Below, one piece after another: positions 19,714-27,988 of a stretch of 64,000 nt of DNA (its first letter is position 1; every line of letters starts with the position of its first letter). The stretch covers positions 92,061 to 156,060 of the forward strand of contig JBBTPY010000001.1 of assembly GCA_038065955.1 (NCBI GenBank), written 5' to 3'. The notes under the pieces are model-generated. The model worked only from the letters and a program-made list of their open reading frames with translations, had not been told where the DNA came from and searched no databases. A program made the position numbers and the translations under genes. Source of the DNA: Patescibacteria group bacterium (GTDB lineage: Bacteria; Patescibacteriota; Minisyncoccia; UBA6257; UBA9933).

Positions 19714-21294
19714 TTACTTCACATAATACTTCTTTTTTATCTCTGCTTCAATCCCCCCTTCAAATTCTTCCTTCTTTTCACGGCTAATTCTTGCCGATTT
19801 TTCAAGTTCAGCGTCCGATAATTTCCCTAAACTTTTAATTCTAAATTCCAAATTCTCTTTCGTGTTTTTTTCGGGATTTTCAATAACTTCATCCAGTAAA
19901 ACGGACAAAATCCAACCGATACGCGGACCCGGCGCAATGCCTAAAATTTTCATCACGTCTTCGCCGTTGACTTTCAGCATTTTCGGCGAAATCGGGTCTT
20001 GTTTCACTTTTTCAATCATAAAAAGCAGATGTCTTAATTTATAAGGCACGGCTTTCGGCACGCCGGAACCGATTCTATCCGCTTCGCGAATCTTGATTAA
20101 ATCGTTAACGTTTTCCGGGCCCACGCGGGCCAAAAATCTACGAACTCCGGCTTCCGTCACTTCGCCGACATTGTAATAAAAAAGGTGGCAACGGACCAAA
20201 TGAACGACTTTCTCCGCAATTTCTTTCGAAAAACGCAATCTATCCATCGCGGCCGCCGTTATTTTCGCGCCGACAACCTCGTGATTGTAAAAAGTGCAAT
20301 CAGGTCCTTCGCCGGCTTTAGTCCGAGGCTTACCGATATCGTGGAACAAAGCGGCTAAGCGAATCTCCAAAGAATAATTTTTCTTGACGGCGTAATCCAA
20401 AGCGCGCAAATTATGCTCCCAAATCGTGTAAATATGGTGCTTATTCTGGCCATTGCCTATTCCCTCGCGCAAATCCGGCATAATGTATTTCAACAAACCC
20501 GCCTCTTCAAGCAATTCAACTCCATTTTTCGCCGACGGCGTCATTATTATTTTTATAAACTCATCGCAAATCCTTTCTTTGGCTATCATTTCAAGCAACC
20601 CGGCTTCTTTTTTAATCGCTTCCATCGTTTTTTCTTCAATCGCAAAATTAAGCTGAACCGCGAATCTCACCCCCCGCATCAGCCGCAAAGCGTCCTCGTT
20701 AAAACGCTTTTCGGAATTCCCGACGGTGCGAATTATTCTATTTTTTAAATCTTCCTGTCCATTATAAGTATCAATAATTTTGAATTTTGAATTGTAATTT
20801 TGATTTTTGATTTTTGATTTTTGAATTTCTATTGCCATGGCATTTATAGTAAAATCCCGCCTGCTTAAATCTTCTTCAATAGTCTTGGCGAATTTAATCT
20901 CATCCGGATGCCTTTTATCCGTATATTTGCCCTCTAATCTGAATGTTGTTATTTCAACGACATTCAGCGCAGAACTACGCTGACTTGACGCTGAATTACG
21001 CTGAATTTCTTCTGCGTCTTTCTGCTTACCATCTGTGAGAGTCTGCGGTTTTAGTTTCACTAAAACAGTACCGAATTTATTTTCATAAACGGTGTCGGCA
21101 AAAATTTTCTGGATTTCTTCCGGTTTTGCGTTTGTGGCGACATCCCAATCTTTTGGTTCGCGATTCATTAAAATATCCCTTACGCACCCCCCGACAAGAT
21201 ATGCCTGAAAATTCGCTTTTTGTAATTTTTCAGATATATTTATAACTTCTTCGGGGATACTCGTCCTGAATTTTATTGAAGGATTGAAACTCAT
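19714..21294 (-). CDS. cca: CCA-adding tRNA nucleotidyltransferase / poly(A) polymerase family with HD domain
   Basis: LVGGCVRDILMNREPKDWDVATNAKPEEIQ nucleotidyltransferase head, HD domain HDIGK; contains in-frame repeat-derived inserts (20778-20828, 20964-21008). Confidence 0.85.
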   Translation of the reverse strand: MSFNPSIKFRTSIPEEVINISEKLQKANFQAYLVGGCVRDILMNREPKDWDVATNAKPEEIQKIFADTVYENKFGTVLVKLKPQTLTDGKQKDAEEIQRNSASSQRSSALNVVEITTFRLEGKYTDKRHPDEIKFAKTIEEDLSRRDFTINAMAIEIQKSKIKNQNYNSKFKIIDTYNGQEDLKNRIIRTVGNSEKRFNEDALRLMRGVRFAVQLNFAIEEKTMEAIKKEAGLLEMIAKERICDEFIKIIMTPSAKNGVELLEEAGLLKYIMPDLREGIGNGQNKHHIYTIWEHNLRALDYAVKKNYSLEIRLAALFHDIGKPRTKAGEGPDCTFYNHEVVGAKITAAAMDRLRFSKEIAEKVVHLVRCHLFYYNVGEVTEAGVRRFLARVGPENVNDLIKIREADRIGSGVPKAVPYKLRHLLFMIEKVKQDPISPKMLKVNGEDVMKILGIAPGPRIGWILSVLLDEVIENPEKNTKENLEFRIKSLGKLSDAELEKSARISREKKEEFEGGIEAEIKKKYYVK

Positions 21295-21368
21295 TAAAAT
21301 CTATTATAAACTAAAAACTAAACAACTGAAAATTTAATTGACTAAATTTACGCTCACCCCTTTCTTTT

Positions 21369-21440
21369 GCCCTTGTAGTGAAATGGATATCACGACAGGC
21401 TTCGAACCTGTTATTGGGGGTTCGAATCCCTCCAAGGGCA
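21369..21440 (+). tRNA. tRNA-Arg (TCG inferred)
   Basis: GCCCTTGTAGTGAAATGGATATCACGACAGGCTTCGAACCTGTTATTGGGGGTTCGAATCCCTCCAAGGGCA; anticodon loop CTTCGAA. Confidence 0.65.
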
Positions 21441-21449
21441 CATAAAAAG

Positions 21450-21522
21450 GCATCCCTAGCTCAATTGGCAGAGCAAATCCCTCTTAAGGATGAGGTTCTG
21501 GGTTCGACTCCCAGGGGATGCA
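21450..21522 (+). tRNA. tRNA-Lys (CTT)
   Basis: GCATCCCTAGCTCAATTGGCAGAGCAAATCCCTCTTAAGGATGAGGTTCTGGGTTCGACTCCCAGGGGATGCA. Confidence 0.75.
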
Positions 21523-21533
21523 CATAAAATTTT

Positions 21534-21608
21534 GCGGGTATCGTATAGTGGCCATTATGCGACCTTGCCAAGGTCGAGATAGGGGTTCGATTCCCCTTAC
21601 CCGCTCCA
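21534..21608 (+). tRNA. tRNA-Gly (GCC), CCA encoded
   Basis: GCGGGTATCGTATAGTGGCCATTATGCGACCTTGCCAAGGTCGAGATAGGGGTTCGATTCCCCTTACCCGCTCCA. Confidence 0.8.
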
Positions 21609-21612
21609 GAAA

Positions 21613-21650
21613 CAAAAAACCCGCTTCGATTTATATGAAGCGGGTTTTTT
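21613..21650. terminator. Bidirectional rho-independent terminator
   Basis: aaaaaacccgcttcgatttatatgaagcgggttttttg: 10-bp stem flanked by A and T runs. Confidence 0.7.
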
Positions 21651-21681
21651 GCGGAAATATCGCCTTCCACACGGCAATATC

Positions 21682-22194
21682 TTAATTATTCTCAAGCAAA
21701 TTTTTTATTTCAATAAGAGCGTCCTGGCCTGCTTTTATTTTTTCCAACGTTTCCTTTAATTTATCGTTGTCGCCGCTTAAATCCCGCGCCGCTTCCAATT
21801 CTTGAGCGGCTTTTTCCAGTTGTTCACCGACATCGCCGGCCGAGGAAGACGATATTTGCGACTGATTTTCAAGGTAATATTTAATCCCGTCTAATTCTAT
21901 TTGAATTGAAGCGTTAATTTCATTGGCCTCGGCCACTAAATTATTTTTATTTCCCGGCAGATAAGAAACTATTAAATAAATCGCTGAAACGAAAATCGCG
22001 ACGGCAACCACCAACTCAGACAAAAGCAAATAATGAATATAAAAATAATGATAAATTTTATAAGCGGTTGTCAGTTTTATTTCATCTTTTTTAACCGCCG
22101 AAGACAAAATCAAAAACCGCGAATACTTACTGTATTCCGCATCCGGTTCAATTTTCCGCAATTTTCTTAAAATTTTAATAAAATCTTTTTCCAT
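21682..22194 (-). CDS. Putative membrane-anchored anti-sigma factor (170 aa)
   Basis: Immediately downstream of and co-oriented with an ECF sigma factor; single TM helix HYLLLSELVVAVAIFVSAIYLIV. Confidence 0.45.
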   Translation of the reverse strand: MEKDFIKILRKLRKIEPDAEYSKYSRFLILSSAVKKDEIKLTTAYKIYHYFYIHYLLLSELVVAVAIFVSAIYLIVSYLPGNKNNLVAEANEINASIQIELDGIKYYLENQSQISSSSAGDVGEQLEKAAQELEAARDLSGDNDKLKETLEKIKAGQDALIEIKNLLENN

Positions 22195-22202
22195 AAAATG
22201 TT

Positions 22203-22748
22203 TTATGAATTTTCGCCTAATTCCATAATGGCCCGCAAATTTTTAACGGCTCTATGTTGAATCACTCTTACCGATATCTCGCTTCTATTTAAAACTTTTG
22301 CCGTTTCTTTCGGCGAGAGTTCTTCAATAAATCTCATAACAACAACATCTTGTTCTATTGGACTGAGTTTTAAAATTGCCCGTCGCGCTTTTTCCATTTC
22401 CATTGCCGCGTCCATAATATCTTCTCTGGAATCTTTTAATTCAGGAATCTGAACTGTTTCAATATCAACGGCGTTCTTTCTTGTGCGGTAATGGTCAATT
22501 ACTTTATTTCTGGCAATTGAATAAACCCAACCGGAAAATGAAGCCGATGTTTTTATTTTAAAACCGGAAATTTTTTCAAAAGCACTTAAAAACACCTGAT
22601 GCGTCAAATCTTCGGCTTCTTCCCGATGGCTTACTTTCAAATAAATAAATCTGTAAATTCTCGGTTGATAATGGTCGTAAAGCAAGCCAAAAGCCTCATT
22701 TTCTCCCGCAATCGCCGCCATTATTAATTTTTCTTCTTCATCTAACAT
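22203..22748 (-). CDS. ECF-type RNA polymerase sigma-70 family factor
   Basis: Region 2 (YRFIYLKV...EAEDLTHQVFLSAFEK) and region 4 HTH (LSPIEQDVVVMRFIEELSPKETAKVLNRSEISVRVIQHRAVKNLR). Confidence 0.85.
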   Translation of the reverse strand: MLDEEEKLIMAAIAGENEAFGLLYDHYQPRIYRFIYLKVSHREEAEDLTHQVFLSAFEKISGFKIKTSASFSGWVYSIARNKVIDHYRTRKNAVDIETVQIPELKDSREDIMDAAMEMEKARRAILKLSPIEQDVVVMRFIEELSPKETAKVLNRSEISVRVIQHRAVKNLRAIMELGENS

Positions 22749-22866
22749 AGATAACGAATAAAGGTCCGTTTAGTTTCTTAAATAATGCCATTTTTCGACC
22801 AAAAAATCAAAAACTCGCCCCTTATAAAATGGACGAGTCTTTGAAATAATTTATAAATATCGCGTT

Positions 22867-23142
22867 TTATTTTACCGCGTCTTTTAATGCTTTGGCGGCG
22901 CGAAATTTAGGTTTAATGGAAGCCGCTATTTGAATTTTTTCTCCGGTTTTCGGATTAACACCCATTCTAGCCGCTCTTAAAGCCACTTTAAAAGCGCCAA
23001 AACCGGCAATCGCCACTTCTTCTTTTTTGCTTAAAGCCTTAGTAATAGTGTCAAAAACCGCCTCAACGGCTTCTGTGGCTTGTTTTTTCACCTCAATACC
23101 GGCGGCCTGCATTACTGCATCAATAAGTTCTGCTTTGTTCAT
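22867..23142 (-). CDS. hup: DNA-binding protein HU
   Basis: MNKAELIDAVMQAAGI...GFGAFKVALRAARMGVNPKTGEKIQIAA. Confidence 0.9.
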   Translation of the reverse strand: MNKAELIDAVMQAAGIEVKKQATEAVEAVFDTITKALSKKEEVAIAGFGAFKVALRAARMGVNPKTGEKIQIAASIKPKFRAAKALKDAVK

Positions 23143-23221
23143 AAGTCGTTAGTTGTTAATTATAATATATTCGACCTTTGATAATTGATTGAATTATACA
23201 ATATAATTGGATATTTTACCA

Positions 23222-24715
23222 TTACTTGGCGTATTCCACCGCTCTTACTTCCCTGATTATATTAATTTTAATCTCTCCCGGATATTTTAACTCGGATTCG
23301 ATTTTAGAAGCAATATCTTTCGCAAGTTGCCAAGCGCCGAAATCGTCAATCTCTTCCGGAACAACAAATACTCTTAATTCCCGACCGGCTGAAACCGCGT
23401 AAGCATTTTTAATTCCTTTAAATTCCAAGGCGATTTTTTCAAGATTTTCCAATCTTTTAAGATAATTTTCAAGAGTGTCGCGCCGGGCGCCGGGCCGCGA
23501 TGCCGATAAAGCGTCCGCGGCGGCCACTAAATATGATTCCGGCGTTGAAAAAGGATATTCCTCGTGATGAGCTTCCATCGCTTTAATCACCTCTTCTTTG
23601 ATGCCAAATTTCTTTAATATCCTTTGGCCGAGTTCAACATGCTTGCCGCCGACTTCATGGTCAACGGCTTTACCGATATCATGAAGAAGGGCGCCAAGTT
23701 TGGCAACTTCAACATTAATACCCAATTCGGCCGCTATCATCGCCGCCAAATGAGCGGTTTCAACGGAATGCGCCAAAACATTCTGGCCATAACTGGTTCT
23801 AAAATAAAGCCTTCCTAAAAGCTGAATTATTTCTTTCGGCAAATTATACACCCCGACTTCGTAAGCCGCTTCTTCGCCTTTTTTAATCATTACTCTGGAA
23901 AGTTCATTTTTCGCTTCTTCGGCTTTTTCTTCAATCTTTACCGGTTGGATCCGGCCGTCTTTGATAAGTTTTTCCAAAGTCAATCGGGCGACTTCGCGCC
24001 GAAACGGGTCAAAAGACGAAATAACCACCGCGCCGGGCGCCTCATCAATGATAAATTCCGCGCCCGTGGCCCGTTCCAAAGCCTTAATATTTCTCCCCTC
24101 CCGGCCGATAATTTTCCCCTTCAAATCATCGTCATTCAGATTAAAAACCGTCGTAGTTGCTTCACTAACATAAGAACGCGCCAATCGCTGCATCGCTTCA
24201 GTCATAATTTCAACGGCTTTTTTTTCAAGTTCTTCGTTTCTTTCTTTGGCTAATTTACCGATAGTTACGACTAAATCTTCCTTATATTTATCTTTTATTT
24301 GTTCTAAAAGTTTTTCCTTAGCCTCCGCTTCGGTAAATTTGGCGATTTTTTCAAATTCCAAAGCAAGTTTTTCTTTTAATTCATCCGCTTTAATCTTGGA
24401 AATTTTTATTTTTTCAATATCATCAATTATTTGTTTTTCGCGAGAACGCAAATCAATCCTTTCTTTTTCCAAGGATTCTTCTTTAGTTAAAAGCCGCTCT
24501 TCTAAACGACCGAGTTGAATTTGAATATTGGCAGATTTATCTTGAGCTTCTGATATTATTTTCTTCGCCCTGGAATCCGCCTCTTCAAGTTGACGGCTGA
24601 TTTTTCGCTCAATTGAGTTTGCTTGCCGAGATGCCGTTAATTGGCGGATAAAATACCCTGCCACGAGCCCCGCCAACACTAAAATTCCCCAAAAAATCGG
24701 ATTTTGATAAATCAT
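23222..24715 (-). CDS. rny: Ribonuclease Y
   Basis: N-terminal TM, coiled-coil, KH domain (GKIIGREGRNIKALE) and HD domain (LLHDIGKAVDHEVGGKHVELG). Confidence 0.9.
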   Translation of the reverse strand: MIYQNPIFWGILVLAGLVAGYFIRQLTASRQANSIERKISRQLEEADSRAKKIISEAQDKSANIQIQLGRLEERLLTKEESLEKERIDLRSREKQIIDDIEKIKISKIKADELKEKLALEFEKIAKFTEAEAKEKLLEQIKDKYKEDLVVTIGKLAKERNEELEKKAVEIMTEAMQRLARSYVSEATTTVFNLNDDDLKGKIIGREGRNIKALERATGAEFIIDEAPGAVVISSFDPFRREVARLTLEKLIKDGRIQPVKIEEKAEEAKNELSRVMIKKGEEAAYEVGVYNLPKEIIQLLGRLYFRTSYGQNVLAHSVETAHLAAMIAAELGINVEVAKLGALLHDIGKAVDHEVGGKHVELGQRILKKFGIKEEVIKAMEAHHEEYPFSTPESYLVAAADALSASRPGARRDTLENYLKRLENLEKIALEFKGIKNAYAVSAGRELRVFVVPEEIDDFGAWQLAKDIASKIESELKYPGEIKINIIREVRAVEYAK

Positions 24716-24777
24716 ATTTATAATTTTTAATTAAAATAATCATTGCGACAAATTAAGTATAAGGTTAAAATGAATAA

Positions 24778-26325
24778 ATGTCAAAACGAACCGTTGTTTT
24801 AATAATCTTGGACGGCTGGGGAATCGGAAGAAACGACCAGAGCAATCCGATTTTCACGGCTGGCCTTAAAAATATTAATTTTATAAAAACTAATTTTCCG
24901 TCCGCCGCTCTTCAGGCTTCGGGCATTGCCGTCGGTCTGCCATGGGGAGAAGAAGGCAACAGCGAAGTCGGCCACTTAAATATCGGCGGCGGTAAAATAA
25001 TTTATCAAAATTATCCAAAAATTACTTTGGCAATTCGCGACGGCAGTTTTTTTAAAAATGAAACTTTTAAAAAAGCCGTTGAACGCGCCAAAAAAAATAA
25101 TTCCGCGATTAATTTGATAGGATTATTAACTGACGGCAATGTCCACGCCTCTTTGGAACATTTGCTCGCCTTGATTAAATTCGCCGAAAAAGAACAAACG
25201 CCGAAAATTAATCTTCATTTAATCACCGACGGCCGCGACAGTTCGCCAAATTCGGCTATTGAACTGCTAAAACAAATTCCTTTATCTAAAAATATAATTT
25301 TATCCACAATCGGCGGCCGCTATTACGCGATGGACAGAGATAAACACTGGGACCGTACTCAAAAATATTACCAAATACTGGTCGGAGAAGGCGCGATTGC
25401 CGATAATTGTGAAATTCCAATTAAAAACGCCTACCAAAAAAATCTCAATGATGAATATGTTTTCCCAACCTTGCTCGAACCCGAAAAGCGCGCCATCAAC
25501 GACGGCGATTCAATAATATTTTTCAATTTTCGCGAAGACCGAATGCGCCAAATCATTGAACCGTTCATCAATAAAAATTTTGATAAATTTCCGGTTAAAA
25601 ATTTCTCCGATATTTACGTCGCCGCAATGATTGATTACGACGACCGATTTAAAATTCCCGTCGCCTTCCCAAAAGAACGGATTGAAAATCCTTTAAGTAA
25701 AATTTTATCCGATAATGATAAAATTCAAATTAGAATCGCGGAAACGGAAAAATACGCCCATATCACCTATTTTTTCAACGGAGAAATTGAACCGCCTTTT
25801 AAAAATGAATATCGAGTATTGATACCGTCAAAAGGCGATATTCATTATAACGAACATCCGGCAATGATGGCTTCTGAAATTACCAATCGCCTGATTGAAT
25901 CTATTGAAGAACAAAGCTACGATTTTATTTTAATCAATTATGCCAATTCCGACGTAATCGCCCATACCGGCGATTATCAAGCCACGCTTGAAGCCGTTAA
26001 AATAATTGACGAAGAAATCGGAAAAATTGTGAAAGTGATTTTAGAACGAAACGGTATTTTAATTATCACCTCTGATCACGGCAACGCCGAAAGATTGTTT
26101 GACCCGAAAACCGGCGAACCGGAAACCCGGCACGACCCGAACCCCGTGCCGATTTATTTAATTGCTAAAGAGTTCGCGCGACAAAAAAATGAAGAAGAAA
26201 TTCGCGAAATTGAAAAAATACCGATTGGCGTTTTAGCGGATGTCGCGCCGACAATTTTAGAACTGATGAAAATTCCGCAACCGAAAGAAATGACAGGGCA
26301 AAGCCTGCTAAAATTTTTGCTATAG
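24778..26325 (+). CDS. gpmI: 2,3-bisphosphoglycerate-independent phosphoglycerate mutase
   Basis: 515 aa; VVLIILDGWGI N-terminus and TSDHGNAE metal-binding motif. Confidence 0.9.
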   Translation: MSKRTVVLIILDGWGIGRNDQSNPIFTAGLKNINFIKTNFPSAALQASGIAVGLPWGEEGNSEVGHLNIGGGKIIYQNYPKITLAIRDGSFFKNETFKKAVERAKKNNSAINLIGLLTDGNVHASLEHLLALIKFAEKEQTPKINLHLITDGRDSSPNSAIELLKQIPLSKNIILSTIGGRYYAMDRDKHWDRTQKYYQILVGEGAIADNCEIPIKNAYQKNLNDEYVFPTLLEPEKRAINDGDSIIFFNFREDRMRQIIEPFINKNFDKFPVKNFSDIYVAAMIDYDDRFKIPVAFPKERIENPLSKILSDNDKIQIRIAETEKYAHITYFFNGEIEPPFKNEYRVLIPSKGDIHYNEHPAMMASEITNRLIESIEEQSYDFILINYANSDVIAHTGDYQATLEAVKIIDEEIGKIVKVILERNGILIITSDHGNAERLFDPKTGEPETRHDPNPVPIYLIAKEFARQKNEEEIREIEKIPIGVLADVAPTILELMKIPQPKEMTGQSLLKFLL

Positions 26326-26335
26326 TAAAAATTTT

Positions 26336-26400
26336 AAATGTAAAAATAAAATTAGTCATTTACTCGCATATGCGAGTAAATGACTAAAAATTTTACATTT
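26336..26400. terminator. Bidirectional terminator between convergent gpmI and eno
   Basis: Long perfect palindrome ...ttagtcatttactcgcatatgcgagtaaatgactaa... flanked by A/T runs. Confidence 0.65.
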
Positions 26401-27715
26401 TGATATTTGCATTTTGAATTGTTAATACCCTTTCATATTTCGCCAATCTTTCCGGTTTGGCCGGCGCGCCGGCTTTTATTCCCCAAGCGCCGACGCCAAT
26501 TGCCAAATCAGCTATAAAATCATCAAGCGTCTCCCCGCTTCGATGACTGACAATCGCCTGCCAATTATTTTCATAAGCGAATTTTATCACTTTTAATGTT
26601 TCAGTTAAGGTTCCTATTTGGTTAGGTTTTATTAAAATCGCATTACCGGATTTTTTATTTATGGCGATTTTTAATCGTTCAATATTGGTTGTCGTTAAAT
26701 CATCGGCAATCACTAATTTTCCGCATTGTTCCGCGTTAGTTCCGTATAATTCCGTAGTGAGTAAAGCAAATGAACTAAAATCTTCTTCATTAAACGGGTC
26801 TTCAATTGATAAAATATTATAAGTTTCAATAAGTTTTAAATAATAATTTTTTAATTCTTCCGCTGAGTATTTTTTACCGTCAACAATATAAAAACCGTCT
26901 CTATAGAATTGCGCGGCGGCAATATCCAGTCCAATCTTTAATGGATATTTATATTTTTCAATAATTTCAGCGAGACATTCGATTGCTTCTTCGTTGTTTT
27001 TAAACGGCGCGGAATAACCGGCTTCATCGCCTAAAAAAACATTTTCACTCCCAAATTTATCCTTCAAATAATTTCCCAGTTTTCTGTAAAAAATCTTGCC
27101 CAAACTGAAAGCTATGTTAAAATCGTCAACTTCGGGAATGACTTGGAATTCTTGAATTTCTAATTTTGATTCCCGATGCGTCGCGTGCGCGCCGCCATTG
27201 ATAACATTAAAAATTGGCCGAAGCAAATTTTTTGACTTACGACCAACAACCAACGACTGATGACTTATATAATTAAATAGTTCTAATCTTTCGTTTTTTG
27301 CCTTCAGCCGCGCAAATGCCAAAGATAAAGATAAAATCAAATTCCCACCGAGATTGCTTTTAGCTTGCCCTGAGCTTGTCGAAGGGGCTTGCCCTGAGCT
27401 TGTCGAAGGGGCTTGCCCTGAGCTTGTCGAAGGGGCTTGCCCTGAGCTTGTCGAAGGAGTCCCGTCCAATTCAATTAAAAAATTGTCGAAATTTTCCTGT
27501 GATTCAAATTCATTTGATAATATTTTTGTCTTAATCTCTTCAAATTTTTTAAGCGCTAATTTTGGCTCCAAAACAAACGCCTCGTGCGTTCCAATGCTTT
27601 TGCCGGCCGGTGCGCTGGCTTTGGCTGAAAAATCTTCGCTTTTTAACTCCGCTTCCAAGGTATCTTTACCGCGAGAATCTGAAATGATTTTTATATTAAT
27701 GTCGCTGATTTTCAT
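26393..27715 (-). CDS. eno: Enolase
   Basis: Conserved enolase core; contains four in-frame tandem copies of STSSGQAP encoded by a 24-bp GC-rich repeat (27362-27456), inserted in the loop between LDGTP and the N-KS-LGAN segment. Confidence 0.9.
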   Translation of the reverse strand: MKISDINIKIISDSRGKDTLEAELKSEDFSAKASAPAGKSIGTHEAFVLEPKLALKKFEEIKTKILSNEFESQENFDNFLIELDGTPSTSSGQAPSTSSGQAPSTSSGQAPSTSSGQAKSNLGGNLILSLSLAFARLKAKNERLELFNYISHQSLVVGRKSKNLLRPIFNVINGGAHATHRESKLEIQEFQVIPEVDDFNIAFSLGKIFYRKLGNYLKDKFGSENVFLGDEAGYSAPFKNNEEAIECLAEIIEKYKYPLKIGLDIAAAQFYRDGFYIVDGKKYSAEELKNYYLKLIETYNILSIEDPFNEEDFSSFALLTTELYGTNAEQCGKLVIADDLTTTNIERLKIAINKKSGNAILIKPNQIGTLTETLKVIKFAYENNWQAIVSHRSGETLDDFIADLAIGVGAWGIKAGAPAKPERLAKYERVLTIQNANIKM

Positions 27716-27730
27716 TTAAAGCGCGAATTA

Positions 27731-27988
27731 TTAATTCTTATATTTAAATATTCCTATTAAAACAAATAAAGACGAAATATTACCTAAGGCGTAAGAATAT
27801 AAAATCGGGAAATTTCCGATATTTATGCCATAAATAACCCAAATTATTCCTCCAATAAAAAATAGCGTGTAAGTAATTAATGAAACATCTCGCGCGCTTT
27901 TTGTTTTAAAAATTTTATACGCTTGAGGGAAACTAGCCAAACTCATCGCAATGCCGGATATTAAAACTAAATACTCTAAAATTTTCAT
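27731..27988 (-). CDS. SemiSWEET / PQ-loop family small sugar transporter (85 aa, 3 TM)
   Basis: FPQAYKIFKTKSARDVSL PQ-loop motif with three predicted TM helices. Confidence 0.6.
   Translation of the reverse strand: MKILEYLVLISGIAMSLASFPQAYKIFKTKSARDVSLITYTLFFIGGIIWVIYGINIGNFPILYSYALGNISSLFVLIGIFKYKN

Noticed and set aside
19286-19726. Four 70-114-aa ORFs across 19286-19821
   Set aside because: They are read-throughs of the tRNA gene array on both strands.
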